Source: Eledone cirrhosa (lineage: Eukaryota). Taken from it: 64,000 bases of DNA. The translations under genes and the position numbers were made by a program. Shown here piece after piece: positions 12,416-23,053 of this stretch (positions within the stretch are counted from its first letter, which is position 1; every line of letters begins with the position of its first letter). The DNA is taken from assembly GCA_964016885.1 (NCBI GenBank), contig OZ024741.1, positions 224,564,001 to 224,628,000 on the forward strand, read 5' to 3'. Under the pieces are notes generated by a model. That model made no database searches, was not told where the DNA came from, and saw only the letters and a list, made by a program, of their open reading frames with translations.

Positions 12416-13859
12416 TAAATTTGTAGAACACCCCACTCGATTTCAGTGTGAAAAATTTTTTTCCTCCATTTTCGTGTGCTATCAATTAATTTAACCTCCA
12501 AGATTCTGGCAATCAACTTTTCCCCTGGAGAACTGAGGGGGTGGAGTGCGTCGCCACATCCCGGATAAACCCCTTCCTCGGGGTTTTCCTTACAACTTTT
12601 TTTTTCACATGTTATCAACGAGTAGGACCTCTAAACCGGTTGGAAACCACTAGATTTGTAGAAAAAGTAGGGTGAAAGGGGCGAAAAGGCCATCGGAGTT
12701 TCGCAGATCTACACACCTGTCGCGTTTGGTGGGAAATAATTATCTTTCCTTGTTTTTCTCTGAACCTCTTTATAATCAAACCCTTTCCCCGAAAAACGGA
12801 AACCCTAACTCTAAACCTAGCTCTAAAACTAACCCTAAACCTAATCTTAACCCTAATCAGGGGAAAAGGTCGATTGTAAACATCTAAAAGGTTCAGAAAA
12901 AAAGGAAAGATTATTTCCCATATATAATAATTGTTAACACAACCTTATACAGGCAAAGAACTCAAATGTGATTTTATAGTCCACAGCAAAGGGAGGTCAG
13001 TTTAATCCAATCGGTAAATTTCCAACCACTAGCTTTACAATATCACAGAGCATATATAAAATGAATAAAAACATCCAGGATTAAGTTGTATTGTATTAAA
13101 TTATTTAATTGATTCACGAACGTTTCTATCAATAAAGTAAGAAAATACATTTCTTCTGTATTGATTTCTTCAGAATCTATTAAACAATGTTGACCTGGGT
13201 GGGATTTGAACTCAGAACGAAGAGAGTCAAAACGTATTCTGCAAAGAATTCCATCTCACATTCTAACGACTCTGCCAGCTCGACACCTCTTCTTACTAAT
13301 TAACCCCCCGCCCCCCAACAGGGGCGAACCCCGTGAGTTGGAATGGCTATTTCAACGTATTTCCTTCGCTATTCTCTGGAGTAACGTTTTCTCCATTCTG
13401 TCCGCTGGGCGGCTTTTGCCTGGGAGTCGTCTGCATACCAGACAGCATTCTCCCACACTGTCAGGGCTCGCATCATTGGGCGTAGCAATGGTACAGATTG
13501 CTGCTATCTCCCTTCGAATATTTATATAAACAAGCGTAATTCATAATTGAAGGTGGTGAATTGGCAGGGTTGTTAGAACGTCGGATAGAATGCTTTGCAG
13601 TATTCGTTTCGGCTCTCTACTTTCCGAGTTCAAATTCCGCCTTTCATCCATTCAAGGTCGATAAAAAAAGTACCAGTCTAGTACTGAGGGAGATCCTTCC
13701 TCTGTATCTCTTTCTCACTTTTATTTTGTCACTCACTCTATCCATCGCTGGAAGAAATCTGCTGTATTCAGGCCTGGTGAGGAGATGAGCACCGCCAGGT
13801 TTTTAAAAATGCCCTAGCAACACTTGTGTCACTACGGTGCCCCTACCACACCCTTCGGA

Positions 13860-14042
13860 GTTACGGGACAAAAGAAAGAAGTTGGTAATCGGTGGTGAAA
13901 TTGTTGTTTTTATATTCAGTGCGGACCTATTGTAGTTGTTATGACAACAAGGATATGTGTAGCGTAGTGACGTTTTATGGCAAATGTCGTGTTGTGACAG
14001 GATTTTATAACCGCAAGGAAATATCCTAGCATTTTTGCCCAA
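13860..14042 (+). other. CFAP298: Probable non-coding first exon (5' UTR) of CFAP298; 5' boundary uncertain
   Basis: Strong donor AA|GTAAGT at 14042/14043 in non-repetitive sequence next to RFX motifs. The first coding exon has an acceptor only 6 nt before its ATG, so an upstream exon is expected. Confidence 0.55.
13935..13948. promoter_or_regulatory. RFX X-box GTTGTTATGACAAC
   Basis: Exact match to the X-box consensus GTHNYY-AT-RRNAAC of ciliary genes. An RFX-type half site CCTAGCAAC lies at 13813-13821. Confidence 0.7.
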
Positions 14043-15736
14043 GTAAGTAACATTTATTTTAATTCTAATTTATAGGTTTATGAACATAATTAATTAAGAA
14101 TTAGTTTTATAGATGTAGAACAACAACAAACATACTTAGAAAAGAAAAGAATTGTTTAAATATATATTTTTTACATGTCGATATGGATTTAATCCACATG
14201 ACATTAAAACAGCTTGGAGCTTCTTTTCTCGAACCTTCTACATTCGTTATCTCATTAAATCGTGCTAAACGATGGATTGACACACTCACGCATACACGTT
14301 TGGATCTCTCGTAGATGTTTTATATTCATTTGATGATTATTCTCTTGGGAGCTACTCCGAGTTTCTCGGTTTTCAGTATTCGCACAAGTGACAGAGATGA
14401 ATTTCGCACATATACACATACGCACACCTTACGTACCCAATATCATTTCTAGAGCATTCTCAACATAGTACAGTCTATACTAAATTTTAGGTGCACACTA
14501 AATACCATCAAGCAGACCCTTGATCCAAAGTTTACCAGCTGTATATATCCAACCCTATCACTCCTTCAAACAGTATATTTAGAACTATATTATTCAATAT
14601 ATTAGTGGACCAGTGCCGTCAATAATGGTAGAAAAGTGTTGAACGTATTTAATTTTTGGACTCCACGATTTGTATGGCATATATATCAGGATTGCTGGAT
14701 ATATGAACAATCATGCAAACTGGGAAATTTGTGTTTTGATAAATTAGTAGTTTGCATAAGAGAAACCCTATAGTTTAAATTGATTACTGGCACGTGGATG
14801 TGATTAAAGGTGAGAATGATAGTTTAATAATTTATATATGTTCAGCATATATATTTACATGATATAGAAGATTAAATGTATGAGTAACTTTTGAGAAATA
14901 ATTATTTATAGGGACAAATGTCGAGTTAGAACTCAGGACCTTGTGATAGGAAAGCGAACTTTTTATTGTATCGACGTGACTGAAGGAGGAAATACTTTGT
15001 TTGTGTGTAAATTTTAATGAGTTACAGACGGATATATATATAAATATACACACCTAAACACACATGGCGCATTGTTATGATTGATCTTTCCATGTTTACT
15101 CGATTGTGTGCGTGATTATTTATTTTCTCTAGATGTAGGTTTATCCATTTGGAGACACACTTAAAATCAATAAGCGACGAAGCATTCGCAGTAAACAGAT
15201 AGATGTGATCTTAGGTCTCTTGCATATAGGAAAAAAGACGGGATGGCCACTTCTAGTATGGCTTTGATCAAGGCTGACCTGAGGCTAAATAACAACAATC
15301 CTAATGATTTTAGTATCAATTTTTCATTCGAAAGAAAGTAAAATTCAGATCTTCAATTATTTATCAAAAGTAAATCATTATAGAGGTGGAGACTTCTGGC
15401 GTTCAGGGCCCGCCAACCACTTCTGTGCTTTCGGGGCGGAGTTGACCACACCCGTGAGATGGAATGGCCATTTCAGTTCCTCACCTTGGTAACACTGAGG
15501 CGGCATGTGTCGGAGAGGCAGAACGGGCGAATATTGATTGGTTTGTGCTCTCACTGTACATGCATACATTTTGTATACGACACACACACACACATAATAT
15601 ATATAAATATATATGCAGAGGTTATATTTAATTTGTTGGGATTCAACAAGCTTAAACATTTTTCCAGGAAGCTCCAACCGTTAAAGTTGTCTTTTTTCCG
15701 GGTATGTCAATATTTATTTATAAAACAAATCTGTAC

Positions 15737-15796
15737 TTTATCTGATGAAAGCGCACCATAATTTGCCTTGGTTGCCCTTGAAATATATATAATAAA
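15737..15796 (+). ncRNA. Minimal type-I hammerhead ribozyme motif
   Basis: Stem I TTTAT/ATAAA; CTGATGA 15742-15748; imperfect stem II AAGCGCACCA/TGGTTGCCCTT; GAAA 15780-15783; stem III ATATATAT; AUA site 15789-15791. Confidence 0.7.
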
Positions 15797-15864
15797 ATAA
15801 AATAAGTATGGTTTTATAAATATAATTTCCATTTATTAATATATTGTATATATATATATATATA

Positions 15865-16201
15865 ATATAAAATCAAAAGATGGTTAAAAGAGTTCCATGT
15901 ATTTTATTATGCGCATTTCAAAAACAAATATCATCATGGGATGATATTTGCGTTCTCATCAGATAAAATAAGGAGACATGATATGAAGCTTAAAAAACAC
16001 TTGTGAGCAGTGAAGTGTTAAATCAACATATGAAAAATAAAATAAGATGGATATATGAGATTGGAAAAAAGGAAAGGAAGGGGGGAAGGAAAAGGTAAGT
16101 AAAAAGGAAGAAAGAATATAGATAGATGAAAAGAAAAAATATAATAATAAGGAAAGGATGACGGAGGAGGAGTATAAGAAGGAAGGATGAGAGAGGAGGA
16201 G

Positions 16202-16238
<37 letters not shown>

Positions 16239-16858
16239 TTTAATACTGAGAAACACTGTCTCACAGAGAAAAATAAAAAAAAACCGTTGTAAGATAATTT
16301 AAAAAATTAAGAAATTATAAGTTAATGAGGTTTATGAATGGTGATGCTTATGATTAAAGAAAAAGGAATTAAGAGTACTATTTATTTAAGGTTTATATAT
16401 TGAAGGGTTTAATAAGATGTGCGAAAAGGAATTTATTAAAATGTATTATTAAAATAAAATATATTAAGAAGATAAGGTGAATGAAGATAAGGTTAAATGA
16501 ATTATGAACTTAGAGGAATTAATTAGGGTCCAAGTTTGTTTCTATATATTGTAATAGGAAAAAGTAAATAATAGATTTAATACGAGCACGGAAGGAGAGA
16601 GGAAAGAAAAAATTCAAGGAAGAAAAAATATATAACGTCAAAAAAATGTTTACAAAATTTCTCTAATGGTAATATATATACTAATATTTGTTTCTACTTG
16701 TGCCTAAAGTAGAAACAAATATTAGTATATATTAAAAATAAAGATTTGTATGGCCGAGAATATAAGGAAAATGCTATAGTGAGTTATAATATGAATTAAG
16801 AAGTAATTATCCGATATTTGCATTGCTTTATTGTGCTACAATAAAACTCACCTCCTAC
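15865..16858 (-). mobile_element. Degenerate Penelope-like element relic
   Basis: Hammerhead-bearing terminus, AHLIKTLQ-like remnant of an ORF end on the minus strand near 16400-16425, a far end shared with 51900-51947, and (TA)n flanks. Confidence 0.55.
15900..15970 (-). ncRNA. Minimal type-I hammerhead ribozyme motif
   Basis: Minus strand reads TATTTTAT-CTGATGA-GAACGCAAATATCATC(ccat)GATGATATTTGTTTTT-GAAA-TGCGC-ATA-ATAAAATA: 8-bp stem I, long stem II, palindromic stem III ATGCGCAT. Confidence 0.82.
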
Positions 16859-16939
16859 ACATATATATATATATATATACAAATAAAGATCCAGCGAGAA
16901 TCGCATTTCGGTGGGCAGGAAAAGCGAAGCGAAACGCAA

Positions 16940-17280
16940 AAGTGGAACCTCGGTTCACGAACTTAATTCGTATCCCGAAAGGCCGTTCGTCATCCAAATT
17001 GTTTGTAAACTGAAATTATTTTCTCATACGAAATGTTGAGAGAGGAATACAGAGAGAGAGAGAGAGAGAGACTGTGTGTGAAAGACAGATAGATATCACC
17101 ATAGTAACTAACTACACAGCAAGTGACGCTTTCCCAGCTTGTCGCTATCCGTTGTTGCCGACTTGCGTGTTCATTACTTAAGACGCCGTTCATCACCCGA
17201 GACTTTTTATGTTTGGAAAAATTGTTCGTGAACCGATTTGTTCGTGACGAGAGACGTTCGTGAATCGAGGTTCCACTGTA
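16940..17280. mobile_element. Tigger/pogo-like MITE
   Basis: AGTGGAACCTCGGTTCACGAAC ... GTTCGTGAATCGAGGTTCCACTG|TA. Confidence 0.8.
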
Positions 17281-17294
17281 TTATCATAGTATCG

Positions 17295-17465
17295 GTAGAG
17301 GGTCGGACGCTATGCTTTCCAGCATAAAGTTACGTCCCTTTACTGTCTGAGTTCAAATCCCGCCGAGGTTAACTTTGCTTTTCATCCTTACGGGGTCGAT
17401 AAAATAAAGTACCAGTAATGCACTGGAATAACTGCTGGCCTTGTGCCAAAAGTAGAAACAATTAT
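17295..17465 (+). mobile_element. Representative of a second abundant SINE family (also near 3200, 13550, 19985, 24750-25560, 30325, 30590, 53170, 60350)
   Basis: Recurrent GAGTTCAAATCCCGCCGAGG..ACTTTGCCTTTCATCCTT.CGGGGTCGATAAA.TAAAGTACCAG, which resembles the conserved central domain of Meta/Sauria-type SINEs (from memory). Confidence 0.75.
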
Positions 17466-19235
17466 TTAGCTTCAGGCCTGCTAGGCTTTGGTGCTCGGGA
17501 GTTGGTGGGTCCTCAGAACATTCTGGGTGGTTACTATAATACACAATAATTCTAAGGAGGAATTTTAGAATAAGCATATTTTCTAAATTTGAAAGTGGAC
17601 CATTGAAAAGTAGTACCCCCCCTAGTGACGGGTCTGAGGTCAGTCCTAATATAGCAAGCTTATGGTCAAAGGCATTCCAGCAGTGATTCTCCCATCTTTT
17701 ATTTTTTCAGATTTATTGTATCACAGATTATATTATTTCATGTGTTGGTTTATCTTTGAAAACGGCAAGGTCTGATTTGAGGGAGATTTGACTATTATTT
17801 TTAGCAGGTCTAACGACTACATAGAATTATCTTTGTTGGTTCAACGAAATTCCTTTTGTGCATCACAGAGTTTGTTTTACGTTGCTATAGAAACATGTCA
17901 CATCAACACCTGTTGTCAAATCTAATCCTTTTGTAAGGAGCTGTCGGGGGAAGCTAGAAGTAGCCAAACATGCTAGAAAAAGCAGCCAAACTTTCATCAA
18001 ATCATACTAAAAAACAAAATTAGAGATGATATGGTTCTAAGTGCCTTGTATCTAAGTAAAATACTGGATCGTCACCAAAGGTATGCCTTTGATCATAGGA
18101 TAGTGACTCTCTGAATTGATGTTTTACTCAGGCTTGGTCTCAGAAACTGTAAATAACACATGCCATTGCAGTGTCTACTATAGATGTTTATGGATTCTAC
18201 CTGCTCTCATACCTCCACATCGCTGGCAACTTCCCTTGACATGCTGCTTTCAACGATATCATTAACCCTTTCATAGCTGCATTCCTAATGAAATACATTA
18301 AATTTCAATTAATTATTAACATAGTAACTAAACATAGGGTTCTTATATAAAATTATGTTGGAAGATTTTAATTTAAAATGGGTGATTTTGTTTCATAGAA
18401 CCAGAGCTGGTTTTGACCAGGTTGGTATCAACAGGTTAAATGTAGTTTGAATGCACGTCAGAATTACCTTAGATTATGGAACCCACTTTAGGAATTACTG
18501 GTCTACAGATCAACATAGTTCCTCTAACCTTGTATTTTCGTGGGGAATTTTGATGTGGTGTTAGAATTTAGGTTACATAAAAGATGAAGCTAGATATTTA
18601 GGTATTAACACAGGAAATAGTTGCAGGACAGATTTTACAGGTAAAGCCAACTTGTAGGGGTCCCAGAGGTAGACCATGAGCAAGACAGGTGGATAACATC
18701 CATAACCTTGGTTGGTCTCGCTTGGGGATCCAACTAAATTATTTGGTGACGGTTGCTTCTGATAGGATGCTCTGAAAAGTGTATCTGCCCTAATGACCCC
18801 CTTAAGAATAAATGGGCAAAGAAGAAGACAGATTGTTGTGAAAATTTGCAGTTAACTGAAGTAGAGACTTAAATTTTTAATTTGATGCAGCCACAGAGCT
18901 GTTTTGTACTTTTCAAGAATCTCTTGTTAATGTGGTTTTATGTGGTACAAGACATTAACCCATTAGCAGTTAAATCGGCTATATCCAGCCAGAATTTTCT
19001 CACCTCTTTCTGTTCAAACTGGCTGTAACTGGCTGCTTATTCTGATGTTAAGGTATTGTCCTAAAAAAAAAAATCATATCAATCCACCACCCTGTCATAG
19101 CTTTGATATTATGTGAGATAATTATGTGAGGTAAAACCTTTACTATGAAAATACAATAGTATATATAGAGTAATGTAAATGCTAAAGGGTTAAGAGTTAA
19201 GATCAAATCTTCTAAATTTTATTTTGCAGGAGAAA

Positions 19236-19374
19236 ATGGTGAAGATAACTATAAAAAGGAATGATGAACTGCAGTTCTTGCATGAAGCTGCTGGAGACAC
19301 CTCAATTGACAATCTTATAACAAAAATTGCCACTATCTACAATGGCAGGCTGAAAATTGGACGAATATGTTGTG
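19236..19374 (+). CDS. CFAP298: CFAP298 coding exon 1 (MVKITIKRNDELQFLHEAAG...IYNGRLKIGRICC)
   Basis: Acceptor TTTTGCAG ends 19229, ATG at 19236, donor GT at 19375; 139 nt, phase 1. Resembles the human N-terminus MVLLHVKRGDESQFL...VYNGRLKVQRLC. Confidence 0.95.
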
Positions 19375-20113
19375 GTTTGTATTACAAAATAACCTAAAAC
19401 AACTTCTGTATAATCTCTCAACAGTTTGATATTGCACACAAATCTACCTCAGTAATGTCCTTATTATCTTAAGTCTTTTGATACCAACCTACCACCTCTG
19501 TTTCTATGAAACAAAATCTTTCAAATTTTTATATAAGAACTTTTTGTTAAGTTATATTACAAATGCCATCTTAATATTAATTAATAAATAATTTTAGTAA
19601 ATCCCTCCAAATTCTTCTCTAAGTAATTGAAATACAGTGTATTTTATTAGAAAAAATGTAGGAATAAATTCTATATCCCAAATATTTTGGACAATATTCC
19701 CACAATAAGTGCCACATTTAGATAAAAACACTGCCTATAATTATCAAATAATTTTGAGAATAAGAATTTGGAAGGATTTGATAATAGGTTTATTGTTATT
19801 AAATTGGTGTTTGAAGCCTAGCTCAACAAAGGTTCTTACTAAGGAAATTGTCATGTGTTTGACACAACCAAAGAGTCTACCTTTTGTTTGGCAAGTTTCT
19901 ATGCCATCAACCACTTTAACCCTTTAGCATTTACATTAGTCTATATTTACTATTATATTTTCATATAATTATAATAATGATAATAATTGTTTCTACTTTT
20001 GGCACAAGGCCAGCAATTACCCAGTGCATTACTGGTACTTTATTTTATCAACCCCGTAAGGATGAAAGGCAAAGTTAACCTCGACGGGATAATGAATAAT
20101 TACCTCACATAAT

Positions 20114-23053
20114 TATAATAATGATAATAATAATGAAAATATAGTGTACAGTGCTCGAGTGCACTACAACTCATCACAAGTGTATGTATAGTACATAGGG
20201 TAATGTACAAACGTCAGGAAAATGAAAATGAACAGTGCATGAGTCATGATATACACATGTGTGCATGTGTATGGAAGGGAGACATCAGGTGTAGTTTTGG
20301 CGAATTTTGGGAAGCATGAGGGTTTTAAAGGATGCAGTGTCTCGGCAGCTAACAACTGACGCAGGCAGTTTGTTCCATGCTTCAGCAACTTTAAGCGTGA
20401 AAAAATGTTTCCGAAAGTCGTGGGAGCTGTGCTGTTTTCTGACTTTGTAGGCATCTCCACGTGTGTTAGACACATGGAGATCAAAAAGGTGCTCAGGGTT
20501 GTTGGCAAGATGGTTAATAACTTTGTGGGTGTTTACCAAGTCCATTGCCAGACGTTGGAGCTTCAATGAATCCATGCCCAGGGAAGCAAGGCGTTCAGAG
20601 TATGGTAGGTGTCTGATGGAGGGTATGCGCTTTGTTGCACGTCTCTGAACAGTTTCCAGGAGGTCAATGTTCTGAGCAAGATAGGGGTTCCAGACTGATG
20701 ATGCGAATTCCAAGTGTGGTTGTACCATAGCTGTATACAGCTTTAAATAGATGGCTGGAGAGCGGCTAACAAAGGTCTTGCTGAGTGATGCCAAGATACC
20801 CTCGGCCTTCTTGACAATTTTAGATATGTGCTTTGTCCAACGCAAATCGCTGCTGACAGTAATGCCCAGGTCACGTTCACAAGAGGACTTCTTGATATCA
20901 GTGTTGTGGAGGGAGTATGTGGACGCTGGATTTTTCCTCCCAAAATGCGTGGTGGTACACTTGTCCACAGCCAGCTTCATTTGCCAGTCTGTGAACCATT
21001 GCTGCATTGTGTCAGGTCAGATTGTAGGAAAGAGTTATAGATTTCAGGATCAGTCTTTTTGATTTCAAGGTACAGCTTGATGTCATCTGCATATTTCAGT
21101 ACTGTGGCATTCTTTAAGTTGGCATCTATGTCATTAATGTATGCAACAAACAAAAGGAGACCAAGAACAGATCCCTGTGGTACACCAGATGACATCTCAT
21201 ATGGTGAAGAATGCTGTCCTAGAACCGTGACTACCTCTTTTCGGCTGAGAATGAAGGATTTCAACCAGTTAAAAAGATCATCCCTCACACCCATTGCAGA
21301 GAGTTTCGCCATAAGTCTTTTGTGTGGCAGAGAATTAAAAGCCTTAGCGAAGTCAAGGTAAACAACATCCACCAATGAGTCGCCATCAGTGATCCGGGTA
21401 ATGTCTTCAAGGAACTCGATAAGCTGATCACAGCAGCTGGAGTTGGGGATAAATCAAAATTGCAAGGGCCTGATGAGGCTGTGAGAGCTCCAGAAGTTCC
21501 AAAGTGTTTCTCAGACACAGGATTCCATCAGTTTGGCAATACAGCTAGTAAGACTGACTGGACGATAGTTGACAGGTGACGTGCGGTTGCCTTTTTTGAA
21601 CAGGGGAACGACACTGGCAGTTTTCCACTGCTCCGGAGTAGCACCATTATTGAGACAGTATTGAAAGAAGAAAGAAAGCTGGTGCAAAAGGAAGTACCCA
21701 CCACGTTTGAGAAGCAGGTATGTAACACCATCAAGACCAGGGGAGGCATAGTTGCGCTTATTCTTAAGGTGACGTCGCAGCATTGCAGGTGTAAATTCCA
21801 TAGTTGTTATGGAATTTGATGGTGGAGATGGTACATTCTGGTTTTCAACAGTAAAAATGCTTGCATAGCACTCAGCAATGAGTTCTGTGCATTCTTTGGG
21901 ATTGTCAATGATCTGGCTTGTGTGGGGATTGCGAAGAGGACCAACTGGAGAGTGAGGTACTTTGAATGTACATATTTCCAGAATACCTTACTGTCAGAAT
22001 TGGTTGCTATGCACTGTTCAAATTCAAGCACTGCCTTTTTTTGTCACTTGCTTGAGATGGTTGGAAGATTTATTCCGCTTTTTTCTGTTGGCATCTGATT
22101 TATGCAGTTTATATTCCCGTTCAGCCTTCCAACGTTCTTTCCTGGCAAGTCGGACCGCTGAAGTTTCCCAAATTGCACTTTTGGGGTGGTTTTTTTTCTG
22201 CTTACATGGCACTGATGCTGCACACGCTATCCATATTGAGTCCAGGATGCTCTGCAGTATAGTGTTCACATCTCCAGAGTTATAGAACTCATGCCAGTTT
22301 GGGCGCTGTAGCTCAGTGCAGTGCAAGTTCCAATCTGCTTTCTTCCAATCAAAGCAAGCAGATTAAAGAGCCAGATTGGCAATGATCATAGCATGATCAG
22401 AGTCGGCTAGAGGTTCCTCAGTAGTACAACTGATAACCACTTCAGGAGTAGTGGTGAAGAGCAGGTCCAAAGTGTTGTCACCTCTTGTTGGAGAGGTGAC
22501 TATTTGTGACCAGTTTGAGTCCAGCACTAGCTCAAGGAAATCGTTTACACTTTGTGGCCAATGAAAGGTTTCCCAATCAATCTCAGGATGATTGAAGTCA
22601 CCTGCAATAAACTCATAAGTGGCTGTTTTCCTGGCAGCAGCTCTGAGGATATCGCAAAGCTGTGTGTCCTGATGGTAGTTTGGGGGGCGATAAACAACAC
22701 CAAGCAGAAGTGTTGACATGGTCATACGTATGTCACAGAAAAAAACTTCTTGTGATTCGTTCAAATCAACGCAAGGAATTACTGAAAAATTTGAACGAAC
22801 GTAGACCATCACACCACCACCATGGCGATTAATGCGGTCCTTGCGGAACAGGTTGTACCTAGTAATGCTGAAAACCCCATCACAGAGTAAGGAATGTGCC
22901 CATGTTTCCGTGACTGATGAAGTCAGGGTCGATGCTTCTGACGTAGGAGTTAAACAGATGTATCTTGTTGCATAAACTGCGAGCATTTAAGGACAACAAT
23001 TTGTACCCTGCTTGCAGTTTATGATGGTGTGTAGAGGATGGCAGGTTGTTCTG
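20114..23053 (-). mobile_element. CR1-clade LINE, ORF2 pseudogene (APE endonuclease + RT), in CFAP298 intron
   Basis: Motifs VTETW, VVYRPP, AGDFNHP, SDH (endonuclease); NYRPVSLTS, YLDFAKAF, SGVPQGSVLG, YADD, PHLEFASSVWNP (CR1-type RT). Several frameshifts and an (ATT)n-like tail. Confidence 0.93.

Noticed and set aside
13340-13520. Possible exon of a divergent gene upstream of CFAP298
   Set aside because: No convincing splice sites or homology; one minus frame (AAQRTEWRK) looks more like a decayed LINE tail.
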